Positions 48,916 to 57,937 of a DNA stretch of 64,000 nucleotides are shown here, in pieces. Position numbers and translations under genes: made by a program. Within the stretch, counting starts at the first letter, position 1; each line of letters starts with the position of its first letter. Under the pieces are notes generated by a model. It was not told the origin of the DNA, did no database searches, and worked only from the letters and a program-made list of their open reading frames with translations. Where the stretch lies: NCBI GenBank assembly GCA_900318205.1, contig ONJS01000002.1, positions 18,689-82,688 on the forward strand, read 5' to 3'. This DNA comes from an uncultured Prevotellaceae bacterium. GTDB lineage: Bacteria > Bacteroidota > Bacteroidia > Bacteroidales > Muribaculaceae.

Positions 48916-50181
48916 GTGAGACTATTCAAGACGACATCCAACAAGCCGCCACAACGGGTCAAGAAGCATACTTGGTCACGCAATTTCCATGCTTGGGAAT
49001 TGCGTAATAATCGACGTGAACAGGACCGCAATTTGTCCCTGGTTGACGATAGCACGATGCGTACCTGTCCTAACTGCCGCAGGCGTTTTGTTGGGAGTTT
49101 CTGTCCGCGGTGTGGACAGTCGGGCACATGGTCCCGATACACCTTTAAGCGTGCAGTCTTGAATTTCCTTGACATCTGGGGGCTTGGCAACCGCCCCATG
49201 TTCCAAACCATGCGGGAATTGTTTGTCCGTCCGGGATATATGGTGCGTGATTACTTGAGCGGTCAACGTCAACGTTATTTTCCGCCGTTCAAGATGCTCG
49301 CGGTGATGACTGTGCTGCTGGTTTTTGTCTCCTGGCTGACAAACCAGAACCATTATAGTTTTCTGGGTGCGATAGTACAAACGTATAATGAATTTTTTGT
49401 TGATAAAGTCAATGCGATGTCATTGTCTTCTGGAATTACTGGCTTCATTGATGCCTTGATCCGGTTGCTGACATTCCTGTCTTCAGGTCCATTGTACGAG
49501 TATCTTTGTCTTGGAGTACTTTATGTGTTATGTGTCTGGATCGCTTTTAAGCGTGTCAGCCGATTTAATCTTGTGGAGACCTACATATTTCTGGTCTTTA
49601 TCCTGGTTCAGTTCCTGTTATGCATTATTCCGCTGAGGTTTTGTACTGGCATATATGCTTTATTGAACGAGGTGGTGTCGTCTCAAACCATAACACCTAT
49701 TAAATTAATTGAATCCCAGTTCTTGAATATCCTTCACGGAGTGTTCTCAGGGATATTCAGTAAGAGTTGGATTTTTCTCCTGCTTCTTTGGGTCTATGAT
49801 TTCCACCAGTTTTATCAACTCGGTTTCCGTAAGACGATTTGGCACTTGTTCATGGCTGCATTAATCGGCATTGTTATAGTATTCCTTTTTTTATTTTTTA
49901 TTCTTTCCCTTGTATTAGAAGGCTTTGTTAGTGCATTGATTTTTGCAATATCGATTGTGATTGCGGCTGTCACAGCTTACTTTGTATTAAAGTACCTTCA
50001 CAGCATTAAAGCTAATACAAACCCTGTACTATATATCGTATCAAAGGTCGCTCTGGGTATATCTGTTTTTCTGTATATATTCATATTTGAAGACCTGTTG
50101 TTGTCAACTTTATTGTTTCTGGTTTGTGTCACTTGCAGCCTTCTGCCTATCGTCATTCACCATAGGCTTAAACGCAAATAG
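48916..50181 (+). CDS. DUF3667-like zinc-ribbon membrane protein
   Basis: CPNC..FCPRCGQ, TMRELFVRPG, RYFPPF, many TM helices; GTG start inferred. Confidence 0.75.
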   Translation: MRLFKTTSNKPPQRVKKHTWSRNFHAWELRNNRREQDRNLSLVDDSTMRTCPNCRRRFVGSFCPRCGQSGTWSRYTFKRAVLNFLDIWGLGNRPMFQTMRELFVRPGYMVRDYLSGQRQRYFPPFKMLAVMTVLLVFVSWLTNQNHYSFLGAIVQTYNEFFVDKVNAMSLSSGITGFIDALIRLLTFLSSGPLYEYLCLGVLYVLCVWIAFKRVSRFNLVETYIFLVFILVQFLLCIIPLRFCTGIYALLNEVVSSQTITPIKLIESQFLNILHGVFSGIFSKSWIFLLLLWVYDFHQFYQLGFRKTIWHLFMAALIGIVIVFLFLFFILSLVLEGFVSALIFAISIVIAAVTAYFVLKYLHSIKANTNPVLYIVSKVALGISVFLYIFIFEDLLLSTLLFLVCVTCSLLPIVIHHRLKRK

Positions 50182-50282
50182 GTCCTTATCAATTGCCCCG
50201 TTATTGATTTGAATTGAGCCTAATCAATCTTATTTCAGCACCATAATGGTTATTGTTGCGGTTTTTTTTATATCTTTGGGGC

Positions 50283-51635
50283 ATGAAAAAACCGAAAAAA
50301 ACAAAGATTAAGATAAAGAAGCCCGCTGCAAAGGTGGAGCCCATCAAAAAGAATACCTGGTACCGTCGGTTCCGGGCTTGGGAAATACGGCTCGACCGTC
50401 GCTTGCAGCGGCAAAATGAAATACCCCAAAACATTGACGAGACCCCTCGGGAGTGTTCCAACTGCGGCTATAGTTTCACGGGTCGCATCTGTCCGCAGTG
50501 TGGGCAGGCAGGCACCTGGATGCGCTATTCGTGGCGACAGATGATACTCAATGTTCTCGACATCTGGGGCCTGGGCAACAGGCCGATGTTCCGCACGTTG
50601 CGCGAACTGTTCACCCGTCCTGGCTACATGGTGCGCGACTACCTGGGTGGCCATCGTCAGTTCTATTTCCCTCCATTTAAGTTGCTGGCTGTCTCCATTG
50701 TGCTAGTGATTTTCGTCAGTTGGCTGACGGGAGTCAAGTATGACTCTATATTTGCCAGTATTGCCGAAGATTTGCCAGACAACGCTGACAATCTCACGGG
50801 AGCAATAGGATTTCTTGCCAATGTGGGTATCATGTTTGTCAACTTATTGGCTAGCAACTTGCTATATGAGTGGCTGTTTTTTGGAGTGCTTGCGGTAATA
50901 GGTGTGTGGATTGCCTTTTATCGTTACAGGAAATATAATTTTGTGGAAACCTATATCTTTCTTGTGTTTGTCATGGTACAGTGGCTGCTCTGCTCAATTC
51001 CTAAAATGTTGGGCTCTGCTTTCTGCAATTTTGTAGATGCCCACGCATCGGGTTCAGGTTTTGCCGCTGCCGGTGTTTCCTTGGTGTCAATTGTCGGCGA
51101 TCTGCTCAGCAAAGTCTATTTTTGGGCAGTCACGTTGTTGCTTGTTATGGATTTCCGTCAGTTCTATGGCTTGAAATGGAAGACTGCACTCTGGCGCATG
51201 ATTCTTGCAGCCTCCACTCTCGTTGGTATTGCTCTAATTATTTGTGTCATCATTATTGCTTTTTTCGATCGAGGTTCCATGTTCCAGGCCCACGCCTTAT
51301 TGAACTGCGTGATGATACCTGCGGCATTTGTTCTGGCCAACTGGTTTATTGACAAGAATAAACAGATTGCACCCTCATCTGTCATCACCATATGCAAGAT
51401 GTCGATGCTCTCTGTTTTGTCAATGCCGTTCGTGAGCGCCATGTTAAATCTTCGTGGTTTTGGCGTGGTAAGTTCAGCAGCGATTGTCGTCTTGTATGGA
51501 ATGCTTGTTGTGACTTTCAGCCTCCTGCCAGTAATTCTCTATAAGAAATATCAACGCACCTGGCCCTCCTTCTTATCACTGATTCTGCTCATCGCTTTTA
51601 TTGTTTTGACTTTTTGTCTTTTCAAGTATTCGTAA
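50283..51635 (+). CDS. Second DUF3667-like membrane protein (tandem paralogue)
   Basis: CSNC..ICPQCGQ, TLRELFTRPG, FYFPPF. Confidence 0.8.
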   Translation: MKKPKKTKIKIKKPAAKVEPIKKNTWYRRFRAWEIRLDRRLQRQNEIPQNIDETPRECSNCGYSFTGRICPQCGQAGTWMRYSWRQMILNVLDIWGLGNRPMFRTLRELFTRPGYMVRDYLGGHRQFYFPPFKLLAVSIVLVIFVSWLTGVKYDSIFASIAEDLPDNADNLTGAIGFLANVGIMFVNLLASNLLYEWLFFGVLAVIGVWIAFYRYRKYNFVETYIFLVFVMVQWLLCSIPKMLGSAFCNFVDAHASGSGFAAAGVSLVSIVGDLLSKVYFWAVTLLLVMDFRQFYGLKWKTALWRMILAASTLVGIALIICVIIIAFFDRGSMFQAHALLNCVMIPAAFVLANWFIDKNKQIAPSSVITICKMSMLSVLSMPFVSAMLNLRGFGVVSSAAIVVLYGMLVVTFSLLPVILYKKYQRTWPSFLSLILLIAFIVLTFCLFKYS

Positions 51636-51693
51636 AACAATAGATACAGTTGATGACATAGTAAAAGATCAAAATTCAATAAAAATTATAGAA

Positions 51694-54300
51694 ATGATGA
51701 AATTGAAATGGCTCCAACTTGCCTGCATGGTGGGTGTGATTGCTCTCACTGCTTGCAATTCAGTGAAACAGAATGTAATGTCACGGAGTGTGATGACTCA
51801 ACGCGCTCCATCGCTCGATGATGATGCATGGAGTGTCTCGTCTTGGATTGCAGTGGCCGACGCCCCTGTGGTGACAGGAAAAGTCCAGGATGGTACAAGG
51901 GCAGCCGATGGTGCCAACTGGTTCGTCTCCACGCTCAAGAACGAACAGCAAGTGACCAAGGCCGTGTGGATGACAACGGGCCTCGGCGTGTATGAAATCT
52001 ATGTCAACGGCGAGAATATCGGTGAGGAAGTGCTCAAGCCCGGTTTCACCCATCCGATGAAGACTAGACGTTCTTTCACCTATGACATCACGAGTAAGTT
52101 CAATACTGTTGCTGGTGCCGAGAATGTGTTATCGGCTCAGGTGACGCCAGGGTGGTGGGCCGACAAGATAGTCACTCCTGGCGGCAATGACGGGATGGTT
52201 GGCAAGAAGTGCGCCTTCCGTGGTGTCCTGGAACTGACCTATGCCGATGGCACTAAGAAACGCTACGGCACCGACACTCGGCACTGGAAAGCAGGTATTG
52301 CAGGTCCCGTGAAACATGCGGCCATCTTCGACGGTGAGGAATATGACGCCCGTGAGCGCGCAGTCAATGCCATGAGTTCAGAATTGACTACGCCCGTTGT
52401 GAGCGACGAATTCAAGGGTGAAATTCTTCCGACAGATGGCGCTGAGATTTACCTGCGCCACGACCTGGCCCTTTCACCTGTCCGTGCCTACATCTGGAAG
52501 GATGTTGAAGGCGCTGATTCGACCGCCTACGGTAAAGTGATTATCAGCAGGGAATATGTGAGTGGAGAGCCGATGACCATTCATCCTGGCGAGCATCTCG
52601 TGATTGACTTCGGCCAGAATTGTTCTGCCGTGCCGGCCTTTGTGTTTAACGCCAAGGGCGGTACACAGCTCACTTGTATTACCTCTGAATTGTTGAACGA
52701 CGGCAATGGATTGAAGAGCCGAGGCATGGACGGCCCCGAAGGCAGCGTGCATCGCCAGAACTTGCGCATCCCCGATACGGGCATGAGAATTGACTACACG
52801 TTTGCCGATTCCAAGGTGCCCGCTGAGTGGTATCCCCATTTTACGTTCTTCGGCTATCGCCTGATCTCTATCACAGCAACCGATGATGTGGTCATCAACA
52901 GTGTCAAGTCTATTCCGGTGACATCTATTGCACAGGGTATGGAAATCGGCAAGATCACCACGGGAAATGAACTGGTAAACAAGCTGATTTCAAATACCCT
53001 TTGGGGACAGCGTTCCAATTATCTGTCGGTCCCCACCGATTGCCCGCAGCGCAACGAACGCCTGGGATGGATGGCCGACACACAGGTGTTTACCGAGACA
53101 GGAACCTTCTTTGCCAACACCGACAATTTCTTCCGTAAGTGGCTTCGCGACGTGCGTGACTCTCAGAGCGAAACGGGTGCCTACCCGGGTGTCGCACCGT
53201 GGGCACAATATGGCGCCATGTCTTCCGACATGATGCGCTTGGGCTGGGCCGATGCCGGCATTATCGTACCCTGGACTGTATGGAAACAGTTCGGTGACAA
53301 TGACATCGTGAACCAGCACTGGGCCTCGATGGAGAAATACATGGACCACGTGAATCAGACTAAATATGACCATACCGCCCTGAACACCGAGAACGGCAAC
53401 TATCAGTGGGCCGACTGGCTGAGCTATGAGCCGCTTGAGAGCTGCACTGGCAGGGCCTTTGGCAAATATGGCGTTAAGTCCGACACCAGAGTCTATTGGA
53501 GTTATCTGGGTGCATCCTATTGGGCTATCGATGCCGCGATGATGCGCGACATGGCACTTGCCACAGGTCATGACGCATCCAAGTATGAAGCGATGGTTGC
53601 TGAAGCAAAAGCCTACCTGTTGAAGCGTTTCTTTAAGGAGAATGGCGAGTTCAAGGCCGATATCCTCAACACGATGCAGACACCGATTTTGTTCGCACTC
53701 AAGAATGAATTGTTCACGGGACAGGTTAGAGACAACATGTTGAAGCGCCTGCGTGAGAACTTTGAGTCGCATGGCAACTGCCTGCAGACGGGCTTCTTGG
53801 GTACCTCCATCCTGATGCCCACACTCACCGAGAACGGCATGAGTGACATCGCCTATGAGCTACTTTTCCAACGCAAAAATCCCAGTTGGCTCTATTCGGT
53901 AGATAATGGTGCAACAACCATTTGGGAACGCTGGAACAGCTATATGATTGAGGAAGGAATGGGCCCACAGGGCATGAACAGTTTTAACCACTATGCCTAT
54001 GGTGTCGTCTGCCAGTGGATTTGGGAAACCGTGGCAGGCATTGCTGCCGACACGGCTCAACCTGGATTCCGTCATATCATCATGAAGCCTATCCCTGACA
54101 GACGTCTCGGGCACGTTGAGGCCGAATACAACTCGGCAGCCGGACTCATCAAGAGTTGTTGGAGATATGAGGGTGACAAGTGGATATGGAAATTCTCGAT
54201 TCCCAAGGGGGCGACTGCATCGGTTACTCTACCTGGCGAGACCCTGTCAAGAGCATACCAGGCTGGAGACTATACCATCAAGATGGACCTCGCCAAGTAA
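51694..54300 (+). CDS. Alpha-L-rhamnosidase (GH78), lipoprotein
   Basis: LTAC lipobox; PTDCPQRNERLGW; GATTIWERW; MNSFNHY. Confidence 0.92.
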   Translation: MMKLKWLQLACMVGVIALTACNSVKQNVMSRSVMTQRAPSLDDDAWSVSSWIAVADAPVVTGKVQDGTRAADGANWFVSTLKNEQQVTKAVWMTTGLGVYEIYVNGENIGEEVLKPGFTHPMKTRRSFTYDITSKFNTVAGAENVLSAQVTPGWWADKIVTPGGNDGMVGKKCAFRGVLELTYADGTKKRYGTDTRHWKAGIAGPVKHAAIFDGEEYDARERAVNAMSSELTTPVVSDEFKGEILPTDGAEIYLRHDLALSPVRAYIWKDVEGADSTAYGKVIISREYVSGEPMTIHPGEHLVIDFGQNCSAVPAFVFNAKGGTQLTCITSELLNDGNGLKSRGMDGPEGSVHRQNLRIPDTGMRIDYTFADSKVPAEWYPHFTFFGYRLISITATDDVVINSVKSIPVTSIAQGMEIGKITTGNELVNKLISNTLWGQRSNYLSVPTDCPQRNERLGWMADTQVFTETGTFFANTDNFFRKWLRDVRDSQSETGAYPGVAPWAQYGAMSSDMMRLGWADAGIIVPWTVWKQFGDNDIVNQHWASMEKYMDHVNQTKYDHTALNTENGNYQWADWLSYEPLESCTGRAFGKYGVKSDTRVYWSYLGASYWAIDAAMMRDMALATGHDASKYEAMVAEAKAYLLKRFFKENGEFKADILNTMQTPILFALKNELFTGQVRDNMLKRLRENFESHGNCLQTGFLGTSILMPTLTENGMSDIAYELLFQRKNPSWLYSVDNGATTIWERWNSYMIEEGMGPQGMNSFNHYAYGVVCQWIWETVAGIAADTAQPGFRHIIMKPIPDRRLGHVEAEYNSAAGLIKSCWRYEGDKWIWKFSIPKGATASVTLPGETLSRAYQAGDYTIKMDLAK

Positions 54301-54319
54301 GCAAGGATCATTGAACAAA

Positions 54320-54359
54320 ACAATACCGCACTGCCGATTAAATGACAGTGCGGTATTGT
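54320..54359. terminator. Terminator between convergent genes
   Basis: acaataccgcactg / cagtgcggtattgt. Confidence 0.8.
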
Positions 54360-54386
54360 ATTTAGGACGATTCTTCAAATCGGTTG

Positions 54387-54902
54387 TTACTTGCGTAGCA
54401 TGAGGTTGATGACCAACCAGCCGCCGAAGGCTTGTAGCAGCATACCAGGCCACCCCAGTTTCCAATCCTGCAATGCACTGGCAAGGCTGCCCGTCATGGC
54501 CCACTCAATCAGGCCGCCCACGAGTTGATAGCCCAGTACTACGGCAATGAGTGCCAGCAGTGACGCGCCCTTGCTACGGTTCGCCATCCAGGCAGCAGCA
54601 CCGGCCAGCAGCACGCCCTTGATCATGATAATGGGCAATGCGGCAGCGGGGGGCATCCCGAACAGTGCCGAGTTGATCAGCGGCGACAGCACGGCCGTCA
54701 ACAGACCAACGCGGAATCCGAACTTATAGGCTGCGACCAGTGTGAAGAAATAAATGGGCAACAGAATCAAGCCTCCCTGAGGAAACAGGTGGCACAGTTG
54801 CGGCAGCACGATATTGCCGATGATGAACAGCAGGGAGAACATATAGGTGCGCATCTCGCGCCAACCCAAAGAATAAAGCCTAATAGCAGTATTACTTTCC
54901 AT
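54387..54902 (-). CDS. ECF-transporter S-component-like membrane protein
   Basis: About 170 aa, hydrophobic; GLILLPIYFFTLVAAYKFG..GLLTAVLSP pattern. Confidence 0.7.
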   Translation of the reverse strand: MESNTAIRLYSLGWREMRTYMFSLLFIIGNIVLPQLCHLFPQGGLILLPIYFFTLVAAYKFGFRVGLLTAVLSPLINSALFGMPPAAALPIIMIKGVLLAGAAAWMANRSKGASLLALIAVVLGYQLVGGLIEWAMTGSLASALQDWKLGWPGMLLQAFGGWLVINLMLRK

Positions 54903-55047
54903 TTTGTTGATTTGATTTTGGTTGATTTTGCTGCAAAAGTAGGTTAAAAAACGCATTTTCACAACTACTTAGCTTGAAAAAATTAATCAAACTCATGTAT
55001 TCAGTCTAAAAAAACTCTAATTTTGCCTCACAATTCAATTGATAGCA

Positions 55048-55917
55048 ATGGATATCGATATTCTATGGAGGATAGGGGAGAGACTGTTGCGATGGGGAAC
55101 ACGGGCCCACTGCACGGTGATGCCGTCGGTATATCCCTCCTACAACCGCAATCAATATTCTTGCCCCATTGAACAGAAGTATCATGTCTCTGGACCTTAT
55201 GCGGTTACCTATCATGCCATTGACGGTACTCATGCATTTATCCCTGATGTTGCTCAAGAACAATCATTCCCTCTGGTGGTGATGGTCAATGGAACCGGCT
55301 TGAAGGCGTTGGATTACGCCCCGGTGTTTGAGCACCTGGCCTCTTGGGGATTCATTGTTATCGGCAATGATGACCCCAGCGCGTGGAATGGACACTCGGC
55401 ATTGGCATCTCTCGACATTGCTCTTCAACATAACGAGGACAAGAGCAGTCCGTTGTATCATCGCATTGACCTTCAGCGGATGGGCGTCGCTGGCCATTCC
55501 CAAGGCGCTATCGGAGCTATCAATGCGGCATCAGCCGAAAAGCGGTTCAAGGTGCTTTATGCCGCCAGTTGCCCACAAGCCAAACTGGCAAAAAGGTTGC
55601 ATTGGACATACTCCTTGGGCGACATTCATGTTCCCACCATGTTGAGCGCCGGCACGTGGTGGATTGAACGACAAATCTCACCTCTTGCTTCGTTGGAACA
55701 CTTAGCCAGTGAACTTCCCGCCTCAACACCGATGCTGATGGGGCGCATCAACGGCATAGAGCACCGCTATGTCCTTCATCAGGGCGATGCCTACATGACC
55801 GCTTGGTTGCGCTATTGGCTGGCAAATGATATGCAGGCAGCCCCTGCCTTTTTAGGAGCTGCTCCTGAAATCCTGAATAATCCCCGCTGGATAGATGTAA
55901 AGATTGCTCTAAAGTGA
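55048..55917 (+). CDS. Alpha/beta hydrolase (chlorophyllase/lipase-like)
   Basis: HLASWGFIV, GHSQG nucleophile elbow; TAATTTTG at 55018-55025. Confidence 0.8.
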   Translation: MDIDILWRIGERLLRWGTRAHCTVMPSVYPSYNRNQYSCPIEQKYHVSGPYAVTYHAIDGTHAFIPDVAQEQSFPLVVMVNGTGLKALDYAPVFEHLASWGFIVIGNDDPSAWNGHSALASLDIALQHNEDKSSPLYHRIDLQRMGVAGHSQGAIGAINAASAEKRFKVLYAASCPQAKLAKRLHWTYSLGDIHVPTMLSAGTWWIERQISPLASLEHLASELPASTPMLMGRINGIEHRYVLHQGDAYMTAWLRYWLANDMQAAPAFLGAAPEILNNPRWIDVKIALK

Positions 55918-55942
55918 GATTTATTATCCTGACTGCTGAAGA

Positions 55943-56950
55943 CTACTGCCCCATAACGCCGTCCCATACGGCATGGCGCAGCGTTCCGACCTCGTCATCG
56001 CAACGGTATTCCCAGTACATCGCGCCGCGCATGCCTGTTTCCTTGATGAACTTACATTTCCAAGCCAGTGACTCGGCGTTTTCATAGGTGCAGACAAACT
56101 GGCCGTCCTTCATGAGATAGGGTGCCTTGGCTACGTCATCCCACATGCGGGTGACATCAGTGCGCTTGACCAGGGCACCGTAGGAAGCGTCGCCGAACCC
56201 CTTTACCGAACGTCCATAGAAAGGTACGCCCAGCACCAACTTGTTCACTGGCATTCCGGCGTCAAGATGTGCCTGCAGGGCCTCCTGTGCTGTCACGCGG
56301 CCAGACATCTCGCTGCGATAAAGGGCAGCATGATGATAGGGTGGGTTGCCCACGTCATACATCATGATGTTCACAAGATCAACGTAGGGCTCTATTGCCT
56401 TGAAATCGACAAATCGGGCATCGGCGATGGTGGCACACGACAACAGGTAATCCTTGCCAAGTGCCTTGCGCAGTTCCTTCATCAGCAGGGTGAAATTGTC
56501 GATGTCGGCAGGTGATGATGTGATGCCCGCCTCGCTGCTGCTGGGATATTCCCAGTCCATGTCGATACCATCGAGATGAAACTCCTTGACGATGCGCTTG
56601 CAGTCACGGGCAAACGCCTTGCGACGCTTGTCGGTAGATGCCATTTCGCTAAATCCGCCTGCTGTCCATCCACCGATGCTCAGCACGATATAAATCTTGT
56701 GGTCCTTCTTCAACTCGACCAATTCTCGCAGTCGCTCAGGACGCTGGATGATCACCCCGTCATAGGTCTTGTTTACGTTGCCGAAGGCATAGTTGATATG
56801 CGTCAGCACCGAGCAGTCAGGTAAGGGCATATCTTTGTTCCATCCTGTTACATAGGCTGCCACGACAGGCCCGTCATCCTTGTGCTGGCCTGCCAATGCT
56901 GGCATCATCAATGCCAACAAACAAGTCAATATTAATATCCTTTTCATCAT
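55943..56950 (-). CDS. Secreted GH18 glycoside hydrolase
   Basis: SIGGW and DGIDMDWEYP (DxxDxDxE intact); signal peptide. Confidence 0.92.
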   Translation of the reverse strand: MMKRILILTCLLALMMPALAGQHKDDGPVVAAYVTGWNKDMPLPDCSVLTHINYAFGNVNKTYDGVIIQRPERLRELVELKKDHKIYIVLSIGGWTAGGFSEMASTDKRRKAFARDCKRIVKEFHLDGIDMDWEYPSSSEAGITSSPADIDNFTLLMKELRKALGKDYLLSCATIADARFVDFKAIEPYVDLVNIMMYDVGNPPYHHAALYRSEMSGRVTAQEALQAHLDAGMPVNKLVLGVPFYGRSVKGFGDASYGALVKRTDVTRMWDDVAKAPYLMKDGQFVCTYENAESLAWKCKFIKETGMRGAMYWEYRCDDEVGTLRHAVWDGVMGQ

Positions 56951-56959
56951 TAATTGTGA

Positions 56960-57421
56960 TTACTGATCCCTCAAAAAGAGGTCATAATAGTGGGATTCTT
57001 CTTTTGCAAATCTGCCGCCTCCTTTGGTGCGATGATGCCAAGCCGCCTCGTTGTTCCACTTTGATGGCTCAAGCTCGACATCTCCAACTTTGATGGATGA
57101 GAGATACTTCCACGCATGAACGATATGCTCTTCCCGATACAAGCCATCCCACTCGCGGTGAATGGTCAGATACTGATTTGGAGCAAGTATCGCAACATAG
57201 ATACTATCGCTGCCGTCATAATGAGTCGTCACGCTGTCGCTTCGATGAACATCATAGCCCGAATAGGGTGAAGTCATGATTTCATGATAGAAGGAGACGG
57301 TTACAGTGTCGCTTGTCATATTACGGATGTTATACTCCGAAGATGACATTGTGTCACATGATGCCAATAGCAAGAGGACTCCAGCTATTGCCATCCAGAT
57401 TGATATGTTGATTCTTAGCAT
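56960..57421 (-). CDS. Hypothetical lipoprotein
   Basis: LLLASC lipobox; no family recognised. Confidence 0.6.
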   Translation of the reverse strand: MLRINISIWMAIAGVLLLLASCDTMSSSEYNIRNMTSDTVTVSFYHEIMTSPYSGYDVHRSDSVTTHYDGSDSIYVAILAPNQYLTIHREWDGLYREEHIVHAWKYLSSIKVGDVELEPSKWNNEAAWHHRTKGGGRFAKEESHYYDLFLRDQ

Positions 57422-57810
57422 AGTTCTAATCTACCCTAATATATTAACGTCATAATCTTCAATATCTTGCTTTTATCATCAACAAAATCAAGCCAAAAAT
57501 TCAGTTATAGCCATTATCCTACTGATTTCACTGATTTCAATCATCATTTGTTCTCTCCATTCACCGGATAAAGCGTGCATCATTGCGGAAAAAGGCAAAA
57601 ATGCTAATCCGTTGGTGTGGACCTAACGTGCACACGCGGCCGGAACGGAAAAGGCGACCGAAAGAGACTTCGCAGCATCGTGGCTTCGAATGAGTTTTAT
57701 GAATACTGATACCTCTCTCATCAGCCTGCAAGGCGAACACCAACACAGGAATTAATCTTTTTTTAATAATGAATAATTAAAATAATAGTATGTAATTCGG
57801 GAAATAGTAG

Positions 57811-57818
57811 TACCTTTG
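57811..57818 (+). promoter_or_regulatory. -7 box TACCTTTG of the mutase operon
   Basis: Consensus match about 120 nt before 57938. Confidence 0.65.
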
Positions 57819-57937
57819 CGGGTTGAATTGCTACGGCAAGGTTTTAGCCACCTGGCTTGAAGCATCAGACGATGGCAATTCAGTTGAAAAGTTAGAACCA
57901 AAAACTATTTTAAGGTTACTATATAATTTACTATTTT

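Noticed and set aside
51694-56950. Polysaccharide utilisation locus (GH78, esterase, GH18)
   Set aside because: No susC/susD pair or regulator, and mixed orientations with terminators between the genes.
57563-57645. Twister ribozyme words (CCGGATAAA, CTAAC, GCCGG)
   Set aside because: The order would need an unknown permutation, and the conserved loop/pseudoknot bases are absent.
57700-57750. Fluoride riboswitch or hammerhead resemblance on the minus strand (GGTGTTCGCC..GCTGATGA)
   Set aside because: The 5' GGCGAT and the pseudoknot partner are missing, and there is no GAAA core after a stem II.
57760-57937. Canonical cobalamin riboswitch before mutA
   Set aside because: The leader is only about 115 nt and lacks the GGGAA and ACTG/B12-box motifs.
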